Made by a program: the position numbers and the translations under genes. 64,000 nucleotides of DNA from an uncultured archaeon (GTDB lineage Archaea; Asgardarchaeota; Lokiarchaeia; Sigyniarchaeales; SOKP01), in NCBI GenBank assembly GCA_964493715.1, contig CAZBPC010000001.1:105288-169287 (forward strand), given 5' to 3'. The notes beneath the pieces were generated by a model. That model was not told where the DNA came from. It ran no database searches and saw only the letters and a list, made by a program, of their open reading frames with translations. Position 1 is the first letter of the stretch. The number at the start of each line of letters is the position of its first letter. Below, in pieces: positions 49,023 to 57,822 of this stretch.

Positions 49023-49037
49023 TTTTTTTTTTAAATA
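49023..49037 (+). promoter_or_regulatory. T-tract/TATA promoter of the roadblock-GTPase pair
   Basis: TTTTTTTTTTAAATA. Confidence 0.5.
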
Positions 49038-49088
49038 TCTTCCCATCGTAATAGTCATTAAAATATTTTTACAAGGAAAGAAAAACAC

Positions 49089-49622
49089 ATGACAAACTAT
49101 ACTCCGAAAGATCTATATGAAAATGAAATTACAAAAGTATTGGATAAAATGCGACACGATTATGGGATGCTCACCAGAAAGGGATTCATCCATGGAATGA
49201 TTGCCATTGACCAAGACGCTAAAATTATAGCCATCGACTCTCGATTTGATCGAAAACTCAATTATTGGGATCTAAGCTCGGTAGGTGCAGCCATGTATGG
49301 AGTTGCGCGCCAAGCCCAAGACTTTTTTGATGCTGCTGATTTAGTTAGAGGGTCGATCATCTTTAAGGATTTGCAACTCTACGTGCGTTCGGTTGGGGAT
49401 GTAATTTTGCCAAGGAAAGGTAAACGCGAGATTCTCATCATCCTATTGGTCGATAATGAAGTTAATATAGGTGTAATTATACTTCAAATGAATAAGTATG
49501 CCGAATTACTGCGAAAAACTATTGAGCAAAGCTCTAACACAGTTTCCCGATTGGAGATGACCGAAGTCGAGCTCAAGAAACACCTCATCAATCTCAAGAA
49601 GAAGGTATTTCAATCATCTTAA
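49089..49622 (+). CDS. Roadblock/LC7 (MglB-like) protein
   Basis: MIAIDQDAKII...LSSVGAAMYGVA...LLVDNEVNIGVI pattern; directly upstream of a small GTPase. Confidence 0.7.
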   Translation: MTNYTPKDLYENEITKVLDKMRHDYGMLTRKGFIHGMIAIDQDAKIIAIDSRFDRKLNYWDLSSVGAAMYGVARQAQDFFDAADLVRGSIIFKDLQLYVRSVGDVILPRKGKREILIILLVDNEVNIGVIILQMNKYAELLRKTIEQSSNTVSRLEMTEVELKKHLINLKKKVFQSS

Positions 49623-49645
49623 ATCCCTTGGAGGTGAAATAGAAG

Positions 49646-50305
49646 ATGAGCATTAAAACCGATAAGGAAAGAGATGTTGAGTTATCCGCAACTTCGGGGA
49701 CCAACAAGTTGGCTGATATCTTGCAATTCAAGATCGTGTATTGGGGACCTGGAGAATCAGGGAAAACAACTAATTACTTTAGGTTGAGGGAAAAGTTCGA
49801 TGGAGTGAAACTTAATGGCGGTTTATCCATTGAAACCACTGATGGGAGGACTTTATGGCAAGATTCTATTCGTTTATCATTCTACGTAGATATAGGGAAA
49901 ATCAAGTTTAATATCATAACCCAAATCGTCACGTGTACCGGTCAAGAACGGTTCCTTTCCACGAGGGAATATGTATTAGACGGAGCGGATGGCGTTATCT
50001 TTGTCGCCGATTCCAATCCTGGCATCATGGAAGAAAACAAGCGAAGTTTCAGGGAATTGGTGGCGTTTGCTAGTCCTAGGAAGATCCCCTTTTTACTTCA
50101 GTTAAATAAAAGGGATCTCCCGAATGCAGTTTCCATTAAAGAATTTAAGAAAGCAATGGGTCTTCCAGACTTCGACCGGTTCGAAGATGAAACACAAGTT
50201 GTATATCCTTGTGTTGCTCTAAATGGAGATAACGTTCGAGAGTGCTTTCAAGATCTGATGTATCAAATCATTTTTCGGTACTTCACGGCACTTGCAGAGC
50301 TTTAA
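49646..50305 (+). CDS. MglA-like small GTPase
   Basis: KIVYWGPGESGKTTN, TDGRTL, TCTGQ, VLDGADGVIFVADS, NKRD; GGAGGTGA SD. Confidence 0.85.
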   Translation: MSIKTDKERDVELSATSGTNKLADILQFKIVYWGPGESGKTTNYFRLREKFDGVKLNGGLSIETTDGRTLWQDSIRLSFYVDIGKIKFNIITQIVTCTGQERFLSTREYVLDGADGVIFVADSNPGIMEENKRSFRELVAFASPRKIPFLLQLNKRDLPNAVSIKEFKKAMGLPDFDRFEDETQVVYPCVALNGDNVRECFQDLMYQIIFRYFTALAEL

Positions 50306-50396
50306 TTATAATTATTATAGATCTTTAGACCATGAAAAAGAAATGATAGAAAAAACAATATTCACAATTAACGATTGGTTGGGATGATATAGCCTA

Positions 50397-51596
50397 ATGG
50401 ATGTGGGATATGACTTTTTGACACCTGAACTCATGCAAGCAATCTTTTTTCACCAAAAAAACTTGGTGATATATCCTTATTTAGATATCAAGCATTTGCG
50501 GGCATTAGAACTCTTTACTACTGGACACTCCCCCATTGAATTGGACTGTACGGCGTTAAATGACATTACAAGTATCTTGGAACATCAAGACGGTACCTAT
50601 TCTCAAAGCCCTCCATTTTTTTTCGTTTATAATGCCAGTAGTAACATTATTCAGTCTATCAAAAAAATGGAAAATGTGAGATACATCATCAATACCAATG
50701 AAAACGTGGAATCTCTTGCTAATGGAAGCCATTTATTATTTTATAACAAAAAAAGCAAGAAGTTTGTCAATCCTTCTATAGAAAATAATAGTGAGTTGGA
50801 GTTTGAAACCGAGCTTTTTCGCCAATCATATGGAGATCAAGAAATCTTACATGATTTACTCATGCGAATCAAGGGTATCGCAACCCGTATTTACAAGGAG
50901 TTTGTTGAGTCAACTGACTTTAAGCGTGTCCAAATCATCTTGGAAGAATACGAATCAGTTTTTGCCCGAAAATTTTGGTCGAGAATCCTTCAATTTACTC
51001 AAAACTTTTTTAAAATTGTTGTTCCTGAGGAATTAACCAAGTCTTTGATTAACTCTATTCCAAGGGTGATATCATCAAAATCAAATAATTCCCCTAGAGA
51101 TAATGAAACTGATTTCTCAAGAGAATATGAAGCTATCTTATCAACGGGTCGAAGCATTGCTCAAGCTTTTATTACTTTACTTCATGATTATAGGAGTGAA
51201 CATGTCAATCCAGCGAATTTGGAAATTGTTCAGCTCTATGATCCCAAGGAACTTTATAATTACTTACGGAATCATCACTGGAAGGATGGAATCTCAGCAG
51301 ATTTCATAGAACAATGGGTAGGATTTAAAGATGTATTAAACGATGAAGAAGTTGAATTATTTTTTGAATTATTCTCAAAGCTTAACATCTCTACTAACTG
51401 TTTAAAATTAAATGAAAAAAATAAAGAAATCACTCCAATTTACACTCAAGCTACTCCATCTACCGAAATTAAAAAGCAAGAACCCAGGTTAATTTCTTCT
51501 CCCGCGAAATACACACCACCTCCTTCAGTTAAGAATTTTAATAAATTTAGAGATTGGATTTTAGCCCAGTTAGAAGAGTTGGAACGAAAAAGTTGA
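50397..51596 (+). CDS. Hypothetical protein
   Basis: 399-aa ORF, no recognisable motif. Confidence 0.65.
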   Translation: MDVGYDFLTPELMQAIFFHQKNLVIYPYLDIKHLRALELFTTGHSPIELDCTALNDITSILEHQDGTYSQSPPFFFVYNASSNIIQSIKKMENVRYIINTNENVESLANGSHLLFYNKKSKKFVNPSIENNSELEFETELFRQSYGDQEILHDLLMRIKGIATRIYKEFVESTDFKRVQIILEEYESVFARKFWSRILQFTQNFFKIVVPEELTKSLINSIPRVISSKSNNSPRDNETDFSREYEAILSTGRSIAQAFITLLHDYRSEHVNPANLEIVQLYDPKELYNYLRNHHWKDGISADFIEQWVGFKDVLNDEEVELFFELFSKLNISTNCLKLNEKNKEITPIYTQATPSTEIKKQEPRLISSPAKYTPPPSVKNFNKFRDWILAQLEELERKS

Positions 51597-51626
51597 ATTA
51601 TGAAGAGAGAGAGATAAAATAAATTT

Positions 51627-52115
51627 TCAAGTATTTGTTGTTTCTTCCTTGACATATAGGATATTTTGTGGTGTTGATTTAAATTCATCAGTATTAGTAG
51701 GTTTTTTGATGAAGGTATTTAGATGTTCGATTTTTTCTGTAATGAGATGTTCTAATAACATTCGAAAAATCTCTCCTTGAGCAAACGTGAATGGCTTAGG
51801 ATAAGTCCCAATTTTCAAAAGATAAGGTAAAGATTGATTCTCCCTTGAATCAAATTCAATACTGGTCATCTCTTCCTTGTATTTATGCACAGATTTCCAT
51901 GAGGAAGGGCATTTTTTAAAAATTTCCTTGAGGGATATCATTTCTTCTAATGACAAGCGTATTGTCTTGCCTTCTCCTTGAGATATTTTTTCCCAAATAC
52001 CATCACGTTTTTTTCTTATACATGTTAAAAAGATAAATGGCTCATTTAGCTTCCTACTTCTTAGAATTAATCCTGTTGATTTACCGAAAAATGAATAATC
52101 ATGGGTTTCTACTAT
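51627..52115 (-). CDS. Hypothetical protein with a non-canonical or lost start codon
   Basis: The frame is open for 53 codons upstream of the TTG in the ORF track, back to ATA at 52115, with GGTGA just upstream. Confidence 0.5.
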   Translation of the reverse strand: MVETHDYSFFGKSTGLILRSRKLNEPFIFLTCIRKKRDGIWEKISQGEGKTIRLSLEEMISLKEIFKKCPSSWKSVHKYKEEMTSIEFDSRENQSLPYLLKIGTYPKPFTFAQGEIFRMLLEHLITEKIEHLNTFIKKPTNTDEFKSTPQNILYVKEETTNT

Positions 52116-52210
52116 AATTTATCACCATTAAAATATTTTAATTCCATGGATTTATGTTAATATGAATCAATATAAAGAAAAAGGTTACAGACTTCCGATT
52201 TATTCAATTA

Positions 52211-52630
52211 TTAATTAATTTTCCTTGATATTCTCGAGAGGGGATGTCCTTTAGCTTTCAATTCAAGTTCATTAAACCACCCAAAGGGAGGTCTCAAAAT
52301 CTCAAATTTTTCACTAAGCAAGTTTTCAATATCCTTTAGAGCGGATAAACCAAATTCAGGAGAACTAAGTTCTCCGAATAAGTGAGCAAACGATAGAAGA
52401 ACGATATTTGAAACTTTTAGTTGGGCGATGATTTTTTCTATCTCATTAATACATTTTTGAAGAATCTGGTTGTCATTTTCGTCCTGTTTCTCGATGCTAA
52501 TAAAGAATACAATAGAATTTTCAAGCGATCCTTCCTTATTTTTTTCAGTAAGATCTTCAAAAACTTTTGAGCGACTTCTTTTAGTTGTTTTATATCTGAA
52601 ATATTCACAATGAAAAGATAAAAATCGCAT
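52211..52630 (-). CDS. Free-standing archaeal threonyl-tRNA synthetase editing domain
   Basis: MRFLSFHC, IVFFISIE, FAHL, PFGW...LKAKGHPLSRISR. Confidence 0.85.
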   Translation of the reverse strand: MRFLSFHCEYFRYKTTKRSRSKVFEDLTEKNKEGSLENSIVFFISIEKQDENDNQILQKCINEIEKIIAQLKVSNIVLLSFAHLFGELSSPEFGLSALKDIENLLSEKFEILRPPFGWFNELELKAKGHPLSRISRKIN

Positions 52631-52864
52631 TATAATAAAAGAAAGAAGGAAAAAAATATAAATCATATTATAAAATACAATCTATCTCTTCGCTTGTTAA
52701 AGAAAATCATACTATCTTCATAATACAAAAAGAGAATAAGAGTAATACTAACCCCTATGAATTAATGGAAATTTAAAAGATCTTTACCACAGCTATATCT
52801 AACGGAATCATGACTTATTCTGATAGCAAGAAATTTAATATTATAATAATAATTCCATTCAATT

Positions 52865-53749
52865 ATGTCTCTTATTGAAAAACTCGGTTTCGATGTTAAT
52901 AAAGATAAGGTTGTGATTTTTCACATTGATGATATGGGATTTTCGCATTCTTCAAATGTTGGAGCATTCGAATGTCTGGATTATGGTCTTGCTAGTTGTG
53001 GATCAATTATTACTGTTGCTCCTTGGTTTTTAGAAGCAGCGTCAATTTACAAGAAAAATCCAAGATATGATATTGGAGTTCATTTAACTCTGACTTGTGA
53101 ATATGATCTTTATCGATGGCGTTCAATATCAAGTGTAGACTCTGCTACAGGATTATTAGATTCTGAAAAATCCTTATGGAGAACATCAGAAGAAGCTGTT
53201 GCAAATATAGCTCCAAAAGCTGCGGAAAATGAGATGCGTATGCAAATTCAAAGAGCTATTGATGCAGGAATCCAAATTACACATATTGATTCGCATATGG
53301 GAGCAGTAATGGACCCAAAATTCATTATGATATACCTAAAATTAGCTCGTGAATTTAAAGTTGCACCGTTTTTGCCAAGAGTTTCTGAGGAAGAGCTCCA
53401 TGCTATGGGGCTTGGTGATAAAGTTGATCTTTACATGAAATTGTTTACTAATTTAGAGAATAGCGGAGTACCACTTCTGGATCATCTTATAATTGATACG
53501 TTGGGTCCTCAATCGAATAAGATTAAATATTATTGTAAAAGATTTTCTCAAATAAAACCTGGATTGACTCATTTTCTATTTCATCCTGCAAAAATGAGCC
53601 CAGAATTGCAAGCTATTACTCCCGATTCCGCATCTTGGCGAAATAAGGATTACGAGGCTTTTACAAATCCCCGTTTAAAAGAATGTGCTGAAGAAAATGA
53701 CTTGCATATAATCGGTTATAAAGAGATCCGAGATTTAACCTATCCATAG
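52865..53749 (+). CDS. ChbG/YdjC-family carbohydrate deacetylase
   Basis: IFHIDDMG, GVHLTL, THIDSHMG, FHP. Confidence 0.88.
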   Translation: MSLIEKLGFDVNKDKVVIFHIDDMGFSHSSNVGAFECLDYGLASCGSIITVAPWFLEAASIYKKNPRYDIGVHLTLTCEYDLYRWRSISSVDSATGLLDSEKSLWRTSEEAVANIAPKAAENEMRMQIQRAIDAGIQITHIDSHMGAVMDPKFIMIYLKLAREFKVAPFLPRVSEEELHAMGLGDKVDLYMKLFTNLENSGVPLLDHLIIDTLGPQSNKIKYYCKRFSQIKPGLTHFLFHPAKMSPELQAITPDSASWRNKDYEAFTNPRLKECAEENDLHIIGYKEIRDLTYP

Positions 53750-54052
53750 ATATTTTTTTAATTCAATTCCGAATTCACTCTTAAATTCGATTCCTTCTTC
53801 TTTTAATAAATTTTTTTGATAAAAACGATCGTCATTTGAATTTAACGCAATTAAACCCTTCGAATTAATGACACGATGCCATGGTAAATCGTATTTCTTT
53901 GTAGAAGAATGCAGTATCCAAGATACTTGTCTAGCAGCTCTTGGATTTCCAGCAAACTTAGCAATCATTCCATAAGTCAAAACTTTCCCCTTAGGTATGC
54001 TTTTTATTATTTTAATGACTTCTTGAGTAAATTCACTAGGCATTTCTTTCAC
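53735..54052 (-). CDS. Alkyltransferase-like protein (ATL)
   Basis: IPKGKVLTYG.IA, ARQV, PWHRVIN (Trp in place of the MGMT Cys). Confidence 0.88.
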   Translation of the reverse strand: MKEMPSEFTQEVIKIIKSIPKGKVLTYGMIAKFAGNPRAARQVSWILHSSTKKYDLPWHRVINSKGLIALNSNDDRFYQKNLLKEEGIEFKSEFGIELKKYLWIG

Positions 54053-54067
54053 TACATCTAATTTTGA

Positions 54068-55267
54068 TTACATCATGCAACAGTATTTATATTTCTTTCC
54101 ACTTCCACACGGACAGGGTTCATTACGTCCAAACTTAATATTCATTATCGGAGCTACTTCTTTCACTTTTAATTCTTTTCTCAGTTCTTCTGCAAGTAAT
54201 TTGAAACGAGGATAAGAGTGTGCATAGAATTTTTTCCATCCTTGACACAACCAACTTAGAGATTTAGGCTTCCTTAATCGAAATTTCTGGCAATCACCAT
54301 TACATAATTGAACAAAAAGACAATTATTACAACTTTTATTCCAAACAGTTTTTTGCTTTCCAAATTCTAGATATGTGGGTGATTTTAAAATTTCATCCCA
54401 GGTACTCGTTTTTACATTGCCTAAAACAAGATCTTCCCTTACAAAAAAATCGCAAGGATATACGGAACCATCATAATCAACAACAAAGTATTGGCAACAA
54501 TTATTACCCATAGAGCAAACATTATATTTTCCATACACTAAATACTCAATTATTGAGTCAAAAAGTCTTATGGAAATTTTACGCGTATCTTCCTTTACCC
54601 ATTCATCAAAAAGTTCACATAAAAAATCCCCCCATTCCTTCCCTGATATTGAATAGGGTAAGGGTTTGTTAGTTTCTCCGAATTCAACACAAGGGATATA
54701 TTGATGAAAATAAAATCCATTACTTTTCAAGTAATTGTAAATTTCCCCTGCATTTTTTACAGTTTCATTATTTATTAGGCTTAGTATATTAAATTCAACG
54801 TTATATTTTTTTAGATTTTCTATTCCTCGCATAACAAGATAGTGAGTAGGAGTTTTTCCTATAGTCTTTCGGTATTTGTTGTGTAGGTACTCTGGACCAT
54901 CTAAACTTACTCCAACTAAAAATTTATATTTCCCAAAAAATTCTGCCATTTCTTCAGTAATTAATGTTCCATTAGTTTGAAGACCATTGCTAACTGTAGC
55001 TCCAGGGGGTGCATGTTTCTTCTGGAGTTCAATAACAGTTTTGAAAAAATCTAAACCCATTAGTGTGGGTTCTCCTCCTTGGAACCCGAAAGCATAGTTT
55101 AAATTTTGATTGGTTTGCATGTAGCTTGAAATTATCCTCTCTAAAACTTGAACAGACATTCTAGGTTTTGGTTTTTCCTCATCCAAGTGATCAATATAAA
55201 AACAATATTGACATCTTAAATTACAATCAGCTCCAGCGGGTTTTATAAGGAGTGAAAAAGAATCCAT
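54068..55267 (-). CDS. Anaerobic sulfatase maturase (radical SAM/SPASM) with SEC-C motif
   Basis: KPAGADCNLRCQYCFY, QGGEPTL, QTNG, YPCDF, GRNEPCPCGSGKKYKYCC. Confidence 0.9.
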   Translation of the reverse strand: MDSFSLLIKPAGADCNLRCQYCFYIDHLDEEKPKPRMSVQVLERIISSYMQTNQNLNYAFGFQGGEPTLMGLDFFKTVIELQKKHAPPGATVSNGLQTNGTLITEEMAEFFGKYKFLVGVSLDGPEYLHNKYRKTIGKTPTHYLVMRGIENLKKYNVEFNILSLINNETVKNAGEIYNYLKSNGFYFHQYIPCVEFGETNKPLPYSISGKEWGDFLCELFDEWVKEDTRKISIRLFDSIIEYLVYGKYNVCSMGNNCCQYFVVDYDGSVYPCDFFVREDLVLGNVKTSTWDEILKSPTYLEFGKQKTVWNKSCNNCLFVQLCNGDCQKFRLRKPKSLSWLCQGWKKFYAHSYPRFKLLAEELRKELKVKEVAPIMNIKFGRNEPCPCGSGKKYKYCCMM

Positions 55268-55269
55268 GA

Positions 55270-56400
55270 TTAATTAAATGTTTTTATCTTAATTAATTTT
55301 CCACCAGAACGAGCTGATTCGGAAGCGGCGATACCCGAGAGACAAAAATTTGCGCCGATTTTAGAATTTATTAAAGGTAATTTATTTGATTCAATTGCTG
55401 AAAGCCAATCATCTATTACTCTGATAGATGCACCAAAATATTGACCAGGAATATTTGGAATAATTTCTGATATTTTTGAATTATCAATTATCTGAGCTTT
55501 TCCCTTTCTGTGTCGCGTTTTTGTTATAATGTGTCCATCTGCTAAAAATAAACGGCCAGGTGCTCCCAATGTATAGCATTCGTATGTCCCAGTTCTTCCA
55601 ATAACTTGGATCATGAGGCGAGTGGGTTCTCTTGCAAAAACGTAGGCATTAGCACACTTAGCTATAGCCTCTGTCTCAGTTCTAAATAGTCCAACTTGAA
55701 ACGCTTTTGCTGGAGAGCAAATTGGTTTACCTCTGTATCCCCCGATATCATTAGCAAAGCTGGTGACCTCAATAAATGAAGCGGGTCTCTCGATTCCTGC
55801 TAAAGCTACTTGAGCAGGTCCTATGGAATGAGCATACATTAAGGGATCAAATAATTGATACCAAGAATCAACTCGAGTTTTTCCTTCATCTCCATAGCTC
55901 CCTTCCTTCCATCTATAAGTCACGTCATGGAGATATTCTGATTCAGAATAAACGGTAGGTCCAATTTTACCCGATGCAGAAAGGTATCCTGCATATAACA
56001 CTTCAGGAATAAAACAATAATTCTCTCCTAATTGATATTTTTTATTTGATTGCTCCTCAGTTTCAATAATCTTGATAACATCATTTTTATTTATAGCCAT
56101 AGGGACTTCTGAATAAACGTGTAATCCAGATTCTAGAGCAGCTATAGCTTGTTCAGCATGGAACTGGGGAGGACTGCAAATAATTACTGCTTTAAGCTCA
56201 GGAGTATCCAAGAGATCCTCAAAAGATTCTGCTGCTTTCACTTGATCTAATTTCTGAATATATTCACGAGCTTTAGGATCCGGATCAAATGCAGCAACTA
56301 GTTTGGTACGACCTATTAGTTTTGGAGATTTTAATTCAGCGATATGTTCCACCGCATTAAGACCATAACCAGCTAATCCATATCGCAATGCTTTCCCCAT
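55270..56400 (-). CDS. Gfo/Idh/MocA-family oxidoreductase
   Basis: GLAGYG, SPPQFHAEQA, HVYSEVP, ENY. Confidence 0.85.
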   Translation of the reverse strand: MGKALRYGLAGYGLNAVEHIAELKSPKLIGRTKLVAAFDPDPKAREYIQKLDQVKAAESFEDLLDTPELKAVIICSPPQFHAEQAIAALESGLHVYSEVPMAINKNDVIKIIETEEQSNKKYQLGENYCFIPEVLYAGYLSASGKIGPTVYSESEYLHDVTYRWKEGSYGDEGKTRVDSWYQLFDPLMYAHSIGPAQVALAGIERPASFIEVTSFANDIGGYRGKPICSPAKAFQVGLFRTETEAIAKCANAYVFAREPTRLMIQVIGRTGTYECYTLGAPGRLFLADGHIITKTRHRKGKAQIIDNSKISEIIPNIPGQYFGASIRVIDDWLSAIESNKLPLINSKIGANFCLSGIAASESARSGGKLIKIKTFN

Positions 56401-56486
56401 ATCTTATTTTAAGGATTGAAATTATTAATAGTTATACAATATTAAATGCAAGCAAAATATAATTAAAGCTAAATATTTCATATATC

Positions 56487-57812
56487 ATGGATAAAAAAAT
56501 TGTATTGATGGGAGCTGGGAGTGCATCGTTTGGTCCTGCCACGCTCATGGATATCAATTTAAGTGAAATACTCCCGGGTTCAACCATTGTTCTATGTGAT
56601 ATTGATAAAGAAAAACTGGAAATGGTGTACGAAGTTGTATCTTTGGATAATAAAAAAATAGGAAATAAATTTATCATAGAGCAAACGACGAAGAGAACAG
56701 AAGCATTAAAAGATGCAGATTTCGTAATTTGTGCAATAGAACACGGTGATAGATTCGAACACAGGTGGCAAGATAATACAATTCCGAGAAAATATGGTTC
56801 AACAGAAAGGATGGCAGAAAATGGGGGACCTGGAGGATTTTTTCATAGCGCTCGCCAAATACCCGAGATTGTTAGAATTGCAGAAGATGTAGTCAGATTA
56901 TCTCCCGATGCATATTTCATTAATTACTCAAATCCAATGTCTCGAATATGCCTAGCTCTTAAAAGGGCAGTTCCCAATTTGAAAGTTTTAGGATTATGCC
57001 ACCAAATCTCATTATTAACAAGAGAACATCTTTCAAAAATGATGAACCGCGACTTAAATGATCTTCAATTAGTAACTGGAGGATTAAATCATTTTGCATT
57101 TTTGCTTGGATTAAAAGAATTAAGTACAGGATTTGATTTATTACCAGAATTTAACTCTAAATGCATGGAATATTTTAAAGATAAGTGGCACCGATTTCAC
57201 TATGCAAATTTAACCTTTGAAATATACAAGCGATTTGGTTGGTTTCCATATGTTGGAGATAATCATATTTGTGAATACTTACAAATCGGTTCTCAATACA
57301 CAACAGCTCAAGACCTTACAGATTGGATTACAAGGATGCATCAAGGAAATATGGGAGGAAACGATCGCTTAAAGAGATATTACAAAAGACTCAAGCGAGG
57401 AAAATATCCCGAAAAAGGCATGTTCATGAAGGATTTCTCTGGAGAGAGAGCCATTCCCATAATTGAAGCGATTTTAGAAGATAAAAACTCCTATGAAGTA
57501 GCGGTAAACATTCCAAATGAGGGGATAATCGAAAATCTTCCACAGGATTTAGTGATAGAATGTTCAGCAATAGTAAATAAAGAGGGTCTACACGGTGTAA
57601 AACTAGGAAATATCCCTAAAAGTATTGCTGCGATACTAAGAATTGAAGCCTCCATTCAAGATTTATGTGTAGAAGCTATTTTAAAAGAATCAAAAGATCT
57701 TGCAATTGCTTGTTTGGCTATTGATGTTAATTGTGGTAGTTTTAAAATGGCAGATGCCATTTATGAGGAAATGAGTGAACTTCAAAAGAAATATCTGCCA
57801 ACCTTCAAATAA
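56487..57812 (+). CDS. GH4 glycoside hydrolase (MelA-like alpha-galactosidase)
   Basis: GAGSASF, ENGGPGG, NYSNP, GLCH, GLNH. Confidence 0.88.
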   Translation: MDKKIVLMGAGSASFGPATLMDINLSEILPGSTIVLCDIDKEKLEMVYEVVSLDNKKIGNKFIIEQTTKRTEALKDADFVICAIEHGDRFEHRWQDNTIPRKYGSTERMAENGGPGGFFHSARQIPEIVRIAEDVVRLSPDAYFINYSNPMSRICLALKRAVPNLKVLGLCHQISLLTREHLSKMMNRDLNDLQLVTGGLNHFAFLLGLKELSTGFDLLPEFNSKCMEYFKDKWHRFHYANLTFEIYKRFGWFPYVGDNHICEYLQIGSQYTTAQDLTDWITRMHQGNMGGNDRLKRYYKRLKRGKYPEKGMFMKDFSGERAIPIIEAILEDKNSYEVAVNIPNEGIIENLPQDLVIECSAIVNKEGLHGVKLGNIPKSIAAILRIEASIQDLCVEAILKESKDLAIACLAIDVNCGSFKMADAIYEEMSELQKKYLPTFK

Positions 57813-57822
57813 CATATTAATC

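Noticed and set aside
10621-49037. All T-tracts being simple archaeal terminators
   Set aside because: Plausible for tandem sites (10621, 35943, 48003, 49023), but not for sites in divergent spacers (13.3, 23.3, 43.8, 46.9 kb) where no gene ends.
9448-51596. Provirus or integrative conjugative element
   Set aside because: No integrase, relaxase, primase/polymerase, capsid or terminase, and no att-like repeats or tRNA at the edges. An ancient domesticated element cannot be excluded.
53735-54052. Active O6-methylguanine methyltransferase (ogt)
   Set aside because: The active-site motif is PWHR, not PCHR, so it is an alkyltransferase-like protein.
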